Positions 25,530 through 34,854 of a stretch of DNA of 64,000 bases are shown piece after piece. The position numbers and the translations under genes are program-made. Source of the DNA: a bacterium (lineage in GTDB: Bacteria > Patescibacteriota > Minisyncoccia > Phycocordibacterales > UBA2100); NCBI GenBank assembly GCA_038128225.1, contig JAYPJF010000002.1, forward strand, positions 258,785 through 322,784, read 5' to 3'. The notes under the pieces are model-generated. The model worked only from the letters and a program-made list of their open reading frames with translations. It was not told the origin of the DNA and ran no database searches. Position 1 is the stretch's first letter; every line of letters begins with the position of its first letter.

Positions 25530-28289
25530 CTATCGCATCGAGACTTCTCTGAAGTTGAAGCTCATCGGAGCCTCGAGGAAACTCCTCAAATCTCTAAAAA
25601 AGAGGTTGAGGATCGAGGGAGGGAGCTGAAATGGTATCGCTTCAGCTGCTGCAGCTGCTTGCACGTTCGCGTGCGCTTTTTCCCGCACTTCATCCAGGAC
25701 TTCGTCTTGTGAGGGCATGTCGAGCACCGCAGCAAGTGTCGGCGTTTCGATCGCGCCAACAGAACTGGTAGGAGGAAGCGGTTCATTGTTTTGGATCGCT
25801 GCCTCAAGTCGCGTGCGGAATGTTTCGATTTCTGATTGTTGCCCTGCGGTGAGACCGAAATCAGATACCCCCTGACAGTACAGGTTATTGATCATATTCT
25901 GTGTCGTGTAGTAGACATAGCCGGTCGCGCGCGTAATTCCCCACGGTTCGAGAATGTCGCTCTTGTTTGTTTCCTGGAACTGCTGCACGGCAGCAAGCGT
26001 TGCATTGTCGAAGATGCCGGTGATCTGCAAATCACTGCCGAGCCAATCGCGCAGGAAGAATTGAAGTTTGCGCACCTCTCGTTCATCATTGATCTCATTG
26101 ATGCCCAAGTAACTTGTGAGGTAGGGGGCACACTGTGGTGCTGCAACAATTTCTTCAGTCACTACCGGCGTGTTATTCAGTCGCGGCACAATGATGATTG
26201 ACGTGGATACAGTTGGTGAATGCCCAAACGCACCATAAAACGGGTTCACTGACGGATGGCGCGTAATCGCTTTTACTTGCGCCTTGTTCGTGTACTTTCC
26301 GGGTTTAGTCGATGTCGCAAATTGTACGGTGTAATCGACGGTGATTCGCTCCCCAGCAGGAATCTCCCCCAATCGCCATGTCTTCTGAAACACAGGTTGG
26401 CCGGCTCCATCGAGCATCGTGTCGAACAGTTCAGCGTGATATGCGGGTCCCTTGCCAGCATTGGTAACGACTATTTGATACTTGACCTCGCCGCCTGGCA
26501 CCGTCCCTTTTCCAACAACATTTTTTGTAATCTGAAGATCAGATTCTGGAGTGTATCGCACCGCAGTTCCACTGAACCCCCCATTCTGAAGTTGCAGTTG
26601 TTCGTTCACATCGTCCCAGAATGCTTGATCACCAAATCGCAAGTTTCCATTCCAGTCTCCCGAAATTGTGAAGAGCGCAAAAATCCAGTCTTGGCCGATA
26701 ATGTTCTGGTTCGCGAAGTTCAAGATATGCAAGAATGCATTCGCATCTCCGGTCCGTATTGCTGCAATAGTACCCTCAGCGACGTTGCCACCCGATACGG
26801 CCTCAACAAGAACGTTGTTAAGGATTTTTGCATAGTTGGTTGTTGTCGCGGTCACATTATCTTCAACATCAGTCGCTCGCTCAGCATTGCCCGCTCCACA
26901 AATGACTTCGCCAAATGGCGTCTCCTCGCGACTGAAGTTTTCAGGCAATCCGATAACGTCCCCATTCCACGTGCCCCCAACGTTCACGATAAAACAGATT
27001 GGGCGACCGCCCACTGAGTTTTGGTTCAGGAAGTTTTGCACTACAGCTCCCGTGTTTGCATCTCCGGTAACAACAAGCGCGCCTTCTGATCCAAGTGCTG
27101 CGTTCTCACCTGAGCTCGCTGTCGTGGTGCCATTATTGGTCACGTCCGCCGTATTATTGGCAGCAAAAGAACTTCCGTCATCAACCGAAGCCACGGTCGA
27201 AAGCGATGCAAAAAAAGTAGGAGGCGGTAATACCACATCACCTATCAAATCACCGACGTTACTCATAAGAATAACAAGGTACCGTGAGTTTACGATCTGA
27301 AGGTTTCCAAAGTTAATGATGCTTCCAAATGCGCTCGCGTCTCCTGTCTCGATAACTGCTGCGCCTTCTTCACTCTGCGCTTGATTCCCTCCTGAGTGCG
27401 AACGCACAACAAGCGTATTGGTAATTTCGGCCACACTGTCGGTGACAATGTTGAAAATCGCATCCGGGTTCACACACCCCGCGAGGGAACACGTTTCGTC
27501 ATTGGCGACGCCGCTGAAAATACTTTGAATGCGATCCGAGAGATCGAGCATGTCACCAATCGGGTTCTGGAGGAAGAGCAAACTTCCCGTTGAATTCGTG
27601 ATAACGACGTTAAACAAGGAAATGAGGACCGCAAATGCATCGGCCTCACCAGTAAATACGTAGGCGCCATCAGCATCTTCTGCCATGTTGCCGCCAGTTT
27701 CCGCAAACGCCACCGCGTCGTTTTGGTTATCAGCCGCACTTTCATTTTCTACTGCAACGTCCCCACCGCTTGCCCCTTGAGCCCCTTCGTCATTGGTGCC
27801 TCCTTCGCTAGTTTCTGTAGATGTGCCTGTGTCAGAAACCGTCGTGTCGTTCACGTTTGTCTGATCCACAACAGTTGCACCTGTTGACGCATCCCCTGTT
27901 TCAATAATTGAAGGTGCGCCATCGCTTGCCTGTGTCCCATCTCCTTCAGGTGTTGCTTGTTCTCCTGCCTGTGTGCCATCAGTCCCCGCCTCTCCGCCCT
28001 CGGTGGCATCACCATCTTCTCCAGCATCAGGAGTTGTTGTCTCGGCAGGAGCGCCGTCAGAACCATCAGCTCCATTTCCGCCATCTTCAAGTACCGGAGC
28101 CGGCGGTGTCGAATTATTTTCTTGAACAGGAGTTTCGACAACAGGAACACCCCCATCTTCAGCCCGAACAGAACTTGGAAACACCAACACGCCACCTGTA
28201 AGCACCACGATAAGAAGTGCTGCTACACACTGCTCAACAAAAAACCATTTTGAAAATTTATAGCCATCCGAATACATACGAAAATACAT
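25530..28289 (-). CDS. Large secreted surface protein with four internal SGGN...TGDA repeats, a DUF11 repeat and a C-terminal PG_binding_1-like domain
   Basis: Signal peptide; acidic low-complexity N-terminus; repeats such as AVIETGDASAFGSIINFGNLQIVNS; DUF11-like LQITKNVVGKG...VKYQIVVTNAGKGPA; C-terminal REVRKLQFFLRDWLG...AVQQFQ. Confidence 0.7.
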   Translation of the reverse strand: MYFRMYSDGYKFSKWFFVEQCVAALLIVVLTGGVLVFPSSVRAEDGGVPVVETPVQENNSTPPAPVLEDGGNGADGSDGAPAETTTPDAGEDGDATEGGEAGTDGTQAGEQATPEGDGTQASDGAPSIIETGDASTGATVVDQTNVNDTTVSDTGTSTETSEGGTNDEGAQGASGGDVAVENESAADNQNDAVAFAETGGNMAEDADGAYVFTGEADAFAVLISLFNVVITNSTGSLLFLQNPIGDMLDLSDRIQSIFSGVANDETCSLAGCVNPDAIFNIVTDSVAEITNTLVVRSHSGGNQAQSEEGAAVIETGDASAFGSIINFGNLQIVNSRYLVILMSNVGDLIGDVVLPPPTFFASLSTVASVDDGSSFAANNTADVTNNGTTTASSGENAALGSEGALVVTGDANTGAVVQNFLNQNSVGGRPICFIVNVGGTWNGDVIGLPENFSREETPFGEVICGAGNAERATDVEDNVTATTTNYAKILNNVLVEAVSGGNVAEGTIAAIRTGDANAFLHILNFANQNIIGQDWIFALFTISGDWNGNLRFGDQAFWDDVNEQLQLQNGGFSGTAVRYTPESDLQITKNVVGKGTVPGGEVKYQIVVTNAGKGPAYHAELFDTMLDGAGQPVFQKTWRLGEIPAGERITVDYTVQFATSTKPGKYTNKAQVKAITRHPSVNPFYGAFGHSPTVSTSIIIVPRLNNTPVVTEEIVAAPQCAPYLTSYLGINEINDEREVRKLQFFLRDWLGSDLQITGIFDNATLAAVQQFQETNKSDILEPWGITRATGYVYYTTQNMINNLYCQGVSDFGLTAGQQSEIETFRTRLEAAIQNNEPLPPTSSVGAIETPTLAAVLDMPSQDEVLDEVREKAHANVQAAAAAEAIPFQLPPSILNLFFRDLRSFLEAPMSFNFREVSMR

Positions 28290-28797
28290 TAGATACAAAC
28301 GCGTACACTTTGCTAATAACAGACTCCGCCGCGTGTTGAGGTTCAGCCTCAACGTCACTAATAATTTCTACGCCGGCGGGGCCCGGGTTCGCAGACTCTT
28401 CATGCACCACCACTTCTTCCGTGGTTATGGCTTTCTTTTCGCTTGAGATCGCAGTTGCAACCTCGCTCTTACCTGTGATCAGAGACGAGGTACCGGTATT
28501 GACATGCACTTGTGTCGAGACGCTCGCGCTGGTGCTCGTTGCTGTGTGTGCATACTTAATGGGTTCACTCTGTACGGTTTCTTCATATGCTTCCACAACT
28601 TTTCCATCAACAACCGTTTTGACTGACACACTACTGTTGCTTGCCCCTTCAAGAACCGTACCCCCCGTGCTCACATTACCTCCCGTAGTTGAGTGCACTT
28701 GTACTGAGTTATTCACTACGGTTGTTGCCGCACGCGCGACAAAAGGCGCACAGAGCCCAAGTGAAAAAATAAGTGTGTATGTCAGTGTGTACCGCAT
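28258..28797 (-). CDS. Secreted Ser/Thr-rich protein with a TGGNV motif
   Basis: Signal peptide MRYTLTYTLIFSLGLCAPFVARA; NNSVQVHSTTGGNVSTGG is related to its neighbours. Confidence 0.5.
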   Translation of the reverse strand: MRYTLTYTLIFSLGLCAPFVARAATTVVNNSVQVHSTTGGNVSTGGTVLEGASNSSVSVKTVVDGKVVEAYEETVQSEPIKYAHTATSTSASVSTQVHVNTGTSSLITGKSEVATAISSEKKAITTEEVVVHEESANPGPAGVEIISDVEAEPQHAAESVISKVYAFVSNVFSYVFGWL

Positions 28798-28877
28798 GCT
28801 TCTCGGCAAGACCTTAACCTTCAAGGTTCAGATCTTGCCAGAAGGGCTCTCAGAGAGAGCCGCTGTCTGGAAAACCA

Positions 28878-30086
28878 CTAGCGCAAGATGCGAGAGAGGT
28901 TTGTGTTGATGACGTTCATGAATGCTGAAGCAGTCTGAACTTCACCAGTTTGGATGAGGCCGCCAGCTGCACCGTTGCCGCCTTCGCCGCCCTCAGCGCC
29001 GTCACCTGTGTGACCGCCGTTGCCGCCAGCTGCACCGTTACCGCCGTTACCGCCCTCACCACCGTGACCACCGAGGTTGTTGCCAACGTAGGTTTCGTAC
29101 CAGTCGTACCAGTCATCAGACCAGATGTCCCACCAGTCTCCGCTACCGTTTGCATCACCACCGTTGCCACCCTCGTCACCGTCGCCGCCGCTGCCGCCTT
29201 TAGCACCATCGCCAGCGTTGTCGCCAGCTGAGCCGCCTTTGCCGCCCTTTGCGCCGTCGCCACCGTCAGAAACGTTGCCACCGGTGTTTGCAGTGTCAAT
29301 TACTGCGTTGGTTACTACTGCAGTGTTTGCGTTTACCACGCCAACATCCCCGTGATCAACTGGAACGTGGGTCTTTGCGTATTCACGATACGCCTTGTCC
29401 TTCATCCAGTCGTGGGTGTATCCGTCTTCGTCGCAATCATAATCACACCAGTCAGACCAATCATCCCAGTAGCCGTAGCCACCTGAAACATGATCTTCTT
29501 CATGAGAGAGTTTTTCCTTCTCCCAGATGTCGTACATTGCTTCGCCGCAACCGCAATCGGTTGTGTCGATTTCAGTGTCGTTGGTGTTTACTGTGTTTGA
29601 GATCACAACTCCGGTTGTGATGTCGCCGGTTGAGATTACTCCACCTACGCCACCGTTACCACCGTTGCCACCTGCTGCGCCTGATCCGGTTGAACCACCT
29701 TGGCCACCGTATGCAGCGTCGCCGCCGTTACCACCGTTACCACCAAAACCACCGAGGTTGTCACCGCCGTTGCCGCCGTTTGCTTCACCGCCGTTGCCAC
29801 CCTCGTCACCGTCGCCGCCGCTGCCGCCTTTAGCACCATCGCCAGCATTGTCGCCACCATTGCCGCCCTTGCCACCCTTACCAGCGTCGCCGCCAACTGC
29901 GACGTTACCACCGGTGTTTGCCGTCGTAACTACTGAGTTGGTTACTACTGCAGTGTTTGTGTTTGTGACAAACACATCTCCGTAGTCAACATCTGCAGAT
30001 GCTACGGTTGCTGCGCCGAACAATGCGATCGCTGCAACTACAACTGCAAAAACAACACCAAAAGACATTTCTCGAACTGTAGTCAT
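28878..30086 (-). CDS. Secreted Gly-rich repeat protein with an internal 210-aa tandem duplication
   Basis: NTAVVTNSVVTTANTGGNVAVGGDAGKGGKGGNGGDNAGDGAKGGSGGDGDEGGNGG is repeated as NTAVVTNAVIDTANTGGNVSDGG...; ends QTASAFMNVINTN. Confidence 0.6.
   Translation of the reverse strand: MTTVREMSFGVVFAVVVAAIALFGAATVASADVDYGDVFVTNTNTAVVTNSVVTTANTGGNVAVGGDAGKGGKGGNGGDNAGDGAKGGSGGDGDEGGNGGEANGGNGGDNLGGFGGNGGNGGDAAYGGQGGSTGSGAAGGNGGNGGVGGVISTGDITTGVVISNTVNTNDTEIDTTDCGCGEAMYDIWEKEKLSHEEDHVSGGYGYWDDWSDWCDYDCDEDGYTHDWMKDKAYREYAKTHVPVDHGDVGVVNANTAVVTNAVIDTANTGGNVSDGGDGAKGGKGGSAGDNAGDGAKGGSGGDGDEGGNGGDANGSGDWWDIWSDDWYDWYETYVGNNLGGHGGEGGNGGNGAAGGNGGHTGDGAEGGEGGNGAAGGLIQTGEVQTASAFMNVINTNLSRILR
29161..29345. 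repeat. Intragenic direct repeat copy A (about 185 bp)
   Basis: The first 56 nt are identical to 29791-29846 (ccgttgccaccctcgtcaccgtcgccgccgctgccgcctttagcaccatcgccagc); the remainder is about 75% identical. Confidence 0.7.
29791..29975. repeat. Intragenic direct repeat copy B (630 bp offset)
   Basis: Partner of 29161-29345. Confidence 0.7.
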
Positions 30087-30440
30087 AATTTTTCTTTAAG
30101 TAAGCCTTTCTAATGCTTAATAATTAAGACTGATAATCTTCTCGACCCGCGCGGCTATTATTAGCCAACGCCGGAATGCAAAACCCCAACGTTTTGGTTC
30201 TGTTTTCCAACGTGGTGTGCGAGTTTAAATAAAAACTCGCCCGTGGGGCGGTTTACAAGTCAGTTTTCTGGCCTGTTCGCGCGCGCACGTAAATAGCGTT
30301 TGCGAAGCAGATCTTCTCGTTTTGTCTACAGGGCTTCGTGCAGTGCACGAATTAGCATGATTTTCGCGCAATAGCTTTTAACTGTCAACCTGTGGAAAAC
30401 TCAGTTTGTGTTCTGTAGTGCAGCACTATCCTTAAAAAAG

Positions 30441-30540
30441 AAAACAGCCCCAGAGTGGGTACTAAACCCCCGTAGACGTGAGTCGAGAAGACCAGCTTCT
30501 TTTTCTCAAGCTTCGTTTAGTACCCGCCCTGAGGCTGTTT
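30441..30540 (-). terminator. Extended imperfect inverted repeat with T-runs on both sides; acts as the terminator of the 450-aa surface-protein gene
   Basis: aaaacagcc...GGGTACTAAAC (30458-30468) ... GTTTAGTACCC (30515-30525)...ggctgttttt; the 11-bp outer stem encloses inner gagaag/cttct pairing. Confidence 0.4.
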
Positions 30541-30558
30541 TTCGAAAGATCAGACGCA

Positions 30559-31911
30559 CTATTCACCAAAACCTGGCAACACACTCCGCATTTTCGCGAA
30601 CAAACTACCGATATGTTCTCGAATATTCTTTATGAACACCCGGTTTTTCACCGGTGTCGCATCATCAGCAGTCACTGCCGCAGCGGCAAGTTGGGAATCA
30701 CTTCCTTCTGCTGATTCCGCAGGAATTTCGTCCGCAGCCTCGGCTACCGCAGCCACAATCGGAGCAATTGTGCTGCGTTCAACTCCTAGTATTGTTCGGT
30801 CACCGAGGCGCGCATGTTCGATTTCTTTGACCTGTGCGTCACTCAGAGGAAATTGCTCACGATTTTCACAATACAGCTCATTTATTTTTTTTCGTGTCGT
30901 CAAATAGACATGTCCTGTCGGAGCAGTCGTACCCCAAGGATTTAAAACTTCAGAAGCGTAGCGTTTTTGGAACACTTCAACTGCAGCGATTGAAGGTGCG
31001 TCATATTCACCTGAAGTCTCCAACGTAAACCCCTCGAGCGTCCGCAAGAAATCTTGAAGTTTACGCACTTCAGCAGGATCGTTCGCTCCACCGCGTTTAA
31101 TAAACATCTGCAAATAAGGCACGCATTGGTTTGCTTTGGATTGCTCCGGCGTGGTTGTTGCATGAATAGCGATCTCATGTTCAGCACCAAACGCAAACAT
31201 GCCGTTCACCGTAGCAACAGGCCGCACATACCACACCTGGTCAGAAGCAAGATCGAGCACTACGTTGTGCCACCACCGGTCTTCTGATCCGATCTCGGTG
31301 TGATAGCCGTAGGTATAGTGTGGTGACGTAAATCCATCAGCAGTCCCACCAATCATGGGCACGCTCGTCGTGCCGTATACTACCCAGCCGGTTGCAGCTA
31401 TATTAGTTTCCCACGTCACACTCACTCCACCCTCAACTACTTCATACGTCTCATTAGAAATCATCAGTGTTTCCAGTGTGGCTCCGCCACCAGAAGAGCC
31501 TGATGTGCCTCCGCCAGAAGTACCTCCTGGCGAACCGCCTCCTGAAGAATCACCACCAGAACTACCCCCGCCTCCCCCATTTTCTCCGGAGCCGTTTCCA
31601 CCTCCAGTGTCTCCACCCCCAGACCCACCACCGTCAGTTCCGCCCCCTCCTGAACCCCCGCCAGTGCATGAGCCGGGCACATCGAGCACTCCAGCCTGGT
31701 GCAGTATTGAGTATGTGTCACACACAATCTCCCCCGCATCGGACGACTGTCCGACCGGGTCTCCACTACTCTGGTCAGTAGCCGATTGCAACGCATCGGT
31801 CAAAAGTTGTTGAGCCAAATCGATGATTCCCCCCGTATCCACCGAAACCGACGCGTGCGCTGGTGTCGCCATCAATATCAGTGCCAAAACAAAAAAAAGT
31901 GATGACTTCAT
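30559..31911 (-). CDS. Secreted protein with a long Gly/Ser-rich linker and a C-terminal PG_binding_1-like domain
   Basis: Signal peptide MKSSLFFVLALILMATPAHA; about 70 aa of GGGSGG linker; C-terminal EVRKLQDFLRTLEG...AVEVFQKRY. Confidence 0.6.
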   Translation of the reverse strand: MKSSLFFVLALILMATPAHASVSVDTGGIIDLAQQLLTDALQSATDQSSGDPVGQSSDAGEIVCDTYSILHQAGVLDVPGSCTGGGSGGGGTDGGGSGGGDTGGGNGSGENGGGGGSSGGDSSGGGSPGGTSGGGTSGSSGGGATLETLMISNETYEVVEGGVSVTWETNIAATGWVVYGTTSVPMIGGTADGFTSPHYTYGYHTEIGSEDRWWHNVVLDLASDQVWYVRPVATVNGMFAFGAEHEIAIHATTTPEQSKANQCVPYLQMFIKRGGANDPAEVRKLQDFLRTLEGFTLETSGEYDAPSIAAVEVFQKRYASEVLNPWGTTAPTGHVYLTTRKKINELYCENREQFPLSDAQVKEIEHARLGDRTILGVERSTIAPIVAAVAEAADEIPAESAEGSDSQLAAAAVTADDATPVKNRVFIKNIREHIGSLFAKMRSVLPGFGE

Positions 31912-32054
31912 AATTTTTTATTTATAAGTTGCCTACGCGCACTATTCTGCATGAGTGATGAAAATCATCAAAATAAAAAGAAAATACTGAGTCTCTGTCC
32001 TTGTTACGAGCAACGGTGATGTCTTTTTACTTTGAAGTGCGTGTTCTGTTTAAG

Positions 32055-32113
32055 TCTTATATAAAGCCAATATAAAAAGTTACGTAAAAGACACACTTTC
32101 TTTTATATAAGAC
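32055..32113. promoter_or_regulatory. 12-bp perfect inverted repeat in an AT-rich intergenic region (candidate operator)
   Basis: GTCTTATATAAA ... 35 nt ... TTTATATAAGAC, between the TrmB stop and the surface-protein start. Confidence 0.3.
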
Positions 32114-32141
32114 ATTCGAGTATGCGGCGCTTTTCTCGCCA

Positions 32142-32819
32142 CTAATGATGTGCAGAGAGCGAATGTTCGCACAGTGCACGCATTATGCGCGAAACTTCCT
32201 GACTGCGTGTGTGGAATGCCACATAACTTCCATCGGGGTGCACGGTAATGAACGAAAGCGCCTGTGCGCTGACCAATACTCCCGTTTGTGGACTCACGCG
32301 CCCCTCATCTTCGGGCTTATTCAAGGCGAGCACTTCTTCGGGAAGAACGGTTGCCCGTTTTTCCAATTTCTTCCACGAGCGAAGACTGCTCATGTGTCGA
32401 ACAAATGCGGTGTTTGCGATCACGATTGGCGCGTCTTCAACAACAAGATAGTCCTCAAGAATGGTATCTACTCCTTCGGCACCAAGAGCTGTTTGCATGT
32501 ATTGTTGTGCCACTTTCGTTTTACGTGTTTGTTCCAGCTGTGGAAGGATCGCGGCAAAACTCTTGGTTACGTCTTCGTGACGCTTCAGTATGTTTCGCGG
32601 CGGCTCTGCAGTCCAAATTTTCTGGCGCCGCTTCATGTAGCATCGGGCGTATCCTTGTTTTTCCAACTTGTCGAGCACATCGCGTGCGGTGGTGCGCGGA
32701 GTTCCTGCTGCGCGCGCAATGTCTGCAGCGGTACCTTCTCCAATCTGAAGGAGTAGGAGGTATGTTTTTGCCTCAACAGGCTTGTGCCCCAGTCGTTCAA
32801 TTACCCGTTGAGCTTCCAT
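32142..32819 (-). CDS. TrmB-family transcriptional regulator
   Basis: wHTH AKTYLLLLQIGEGTAADIARAAGTPRTTARDVLDKLEKQGYA. Confidence 0.7.
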   Translation of the reverse strand: MEAQRVIERLGHKPVEAKTYLLLLQIGEGTAADIARAAGTPRTTARDVLDKLEKQGYARCYMKRRQKIWTAEPPRNILKRHEDVTKSFAAILPQLEQTRKTKVAQQYMQTALGAEGVDTILEDYLVVEDAPIVIANTAFVRHMSSLRSWKKLEKRATVLPEEVLALNKPEDEGRVSPQTGVLVSAQALSFITVHPDGSYVAFHTRSQEVSRIMRALCEHSLSAHH

Positions 32820-32960
32820 GGGAAGCATTTAGCCATAACTGCGCATAAAAGACACTAGACGAAAGCAAAATACTGTGATGTTGGTCAGCGCAGAGAATGT
32901 CCTTTATAAATCCATAAAGGACTCGATGTGAGTTTTTTACTTTGATACAAAAGGAATTGT

Positions 32961-33617
32961 TCACCACTTTATCGGTGATTTCTCATGAGTGACGAGATAC
33001 GCATTGGCTTTGCTGAAGTGTTTACATCCGAAGAATCCTGATGCGGAAAATGGTGACGGATGTGCTGCTTCCAAGACACAGTGTTTATTTCGATCAATAA
33101 CACTGCCTTTTTGTCGCGCATAGTTACCCCACAACATAAACACCAAATGCTCTCGTTCTTCAGAAAGTAGCCGAACAATGGCGTCAGTGAATTTTTCCCA
33201 ACCCTTTCCCTGATGGCTGCCCGGCGTGCCCGCACGTACCGTGAGTGTTGCATTAAGCAGCAAAACCCCTTGTCGTGCCCACCGGGACAAATCGGGGTTT
33301 CTATCTGCAGGAATACCAAGATCGTTTTCAATTTCTTTGAAGATATTGCTCAGCGATGGTGGTATCGGTACTTCCTCAGGAACCGCAAAACATAGTCCGT
33401 TTGCCTGGCGCGCCCCGTGATACGGATCTTGCCCAAGAATAACTACCGAAACGTCTTCAAATGGGCACAAATCTAATGCTTTAAAAATATTTTTTGGATG
33501 CGGGTATGTCGCATTTTTTGCATACTCGTTTTTTACGAATGTACTGAGTTCCTGAAAATACGGCTTTTCAAACTCTGGCGCAAGCCGGGTTTTCCACGAC
33601 TGCTCCAGGCGAATCAT
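32961..33617 (-). CDS. ung: Uracil-DNA glycosylase, family 1
   Basis: GQDPYHG water-activating motif, LLLN, HPSP leucine-intercalation loop. Confidence 0.9.
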   Translation of the reverse strand: MIRLEQSWKTRLAPEFEKPYFQELSTFVKNEYAKNATYPHPKNIFKALDLCPFEDVSVVILGQDPYHGARQANGLCFAVPEEVPIPPSLSNIFKEIENDLGIPADRNPDLSRWARQGVLLLNATLTVRAGTPGSHQGKGWEKFTDAIVRLLSEEREHLVFMLWGNYARQKGSVIDRNKHCVLEAAHPSPFSASGFFGCKHFSKANAYLVTHEKSPIKW

Positions 33618-33627
33618 GCTCTCACTC

Positions 33628-34026
33628 TCACACAGCCTCTACCTTCGCACAAGGCCTACACCTACACCCGTGTGGCTTTATAAATTCTTTGAAATACTCT
33701 TCCCCATAATCCATGGTGATTTCTGTCCCTGGTGAAATGTTTTTTTCCGCATAAATGTAAATGTGGCCGTTTTTCAATGACGCCGCCGCGTTTGGTTTAC
33801 AAGAATGATTGATATACCGCGCAATATTGTCATAGGCAGAACCGTCAATCGTCCACCCATTCTCGAGATCAAACAGATAGCGCGTCGTCAGCGTATCGGC
33901 GTATGTTGTTTTAATGAGGGAACCAGTATATTCAATGATGAACTTCCCCTTGAGAATTGCTCGGTCGGCAAACAAACCGAGGCCCGTATTTTCCGTGCGT
34001 TTAACGCGAACTGCCGGTGCATCCAT
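33628..34026 (-). CDS. SET-domain protein (putative lysine methyltransferase)
   Basis: NHSCKPN (pseudoknot motif), GTEITMDYG, ELxF/Y-like, and a C-terminal Cys cluster CRCRPC (post-SET). Confidence 0.75.
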   Translation of the reverse strand: MDAPAVRVKRTENTGLGLFADRAILKGKFIIEYTGSLIKTTYADTLTTRYLFDLENGWTIDGSAYDNIARYINHSCKPNAAASLKNGHIYIYAEKNISPGTEITMDYGEEYFKEFIKPHGCRCRPCAKVEAV

Positions 34027-34102
34027 AGAGCGAATACTATACTACACAAACTAAAGATGTATAGAGCCGTGCGGCCTCGTGGTTTTATGACATACTAAAG
34101 GC

Positions 34103-34300
34103 ATGGAACAGCTCGCTCCGCTTTTGTGGCTCATGTTTGGCGGCTGTTTACTCATGTACACGGTGTATGGTTTCATTCTTGGGTACCATTGGATTCGATT
34201 CAGCGCAAACTATACAGCTGCACTTATCACACTCGGCATATATGTTGGGTTTGGCGTGCTCCTATTTGTAGTTATGTTTGGCACCCTGCTTGTACTGTAA
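34103..34300 (+). CDS. Small 2-TM membrane protein
   Basis: 65 aa, two hydrophobic helices; ends 2 nt before the PH-domain gene. Confidence 0.35.
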   Translation: MEQLAPLLWLMFGGCLLMYTVYGFILGYHWIRFSANYTAALITLGIYVGFGVLLFVVMFGTLLVL

Positions 34301-34302
34301 CT

Positions 34303-34833
34303 ATGCTTAACCTGCCCATCCAACCCGGCGAGCGTGTGGTCATGAAGGTTAGAAAACACTGGTTTATCCTCCTGCGCGAAAAACTGGGCGTAGCGATCGC
34401 GGGGATTATCCCGTTTGTTCTTGCGCCATTTATTTTTTCGCTTTTCCAGACGCCCTCAACAGTTGCAACGTTCTTGAGCGCACTCTGGTGTGCGTTCATT
34501 ATCATGGGCTTTATGAATGTGTGGACAAGTTATTTCCTCGACATTTGGATTGTTACCGACCGACGCATTATGTACATTGAGCAGGTGCGTTTTTTTGTTC
34601 GGGAAGTCGTTACACTTCGGCTCGAACGCGTTCAAGACGCGACGGTTCGATTTGAAGGTTTTTTCGAAACCTTACTCAATTTCGGTTCGTTACGCATCCA
34701 AACTGCGGGCGCGGCACTCGACGAGGTGGTGATTCACGGCATTCCTAATCCTGAGTGGGTAAAACGTCGCGTGCTTGACGAGGTAGACCGGTGTATAGAG
34801 GCGCATCGACACGATCCGTTTACTACTGTGTAA
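34303..34833 (+). CDS. Bacterial PH-domain (bPH_2/YdbT-like) membrane protein
   Basis: Two TM segments after MLNLPIQPGERVVMKVRKHWFIL; DIWIVTDRRIMYIE...LRIQTAG resembles bPH_2. Confidence 0.55.
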   Translation: MLNLPIQPGERVVMKVRKHWFILLREKLGVAIAGIIPFVLAPFIFSLFQTPSTVATFLSALWCAFIIMGFMNVWTSYFLDIWIVTDRRIMYIEQVRFFVREVVTLRLERVQDATVRFEGFFETLLNFGSLRIQTAGAALDEVVIHGIPNPEWVKRRVLDEVDRCIEAHRHDPFTTV

Positions 34834-34854
34834 TCTTTACCTCTTCATCTCATC

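Noticed and set aside
34126-34302. N-terminal extension of the PH-domain ORF (Trp/His/Cys-rich)
   Set aside because: The extension overlaps the well-formed 65-aa 2-TM ORF in another frame. ATG 34303, immediately after that gene's stop, gives a sensible bPH_2 N-terminus.
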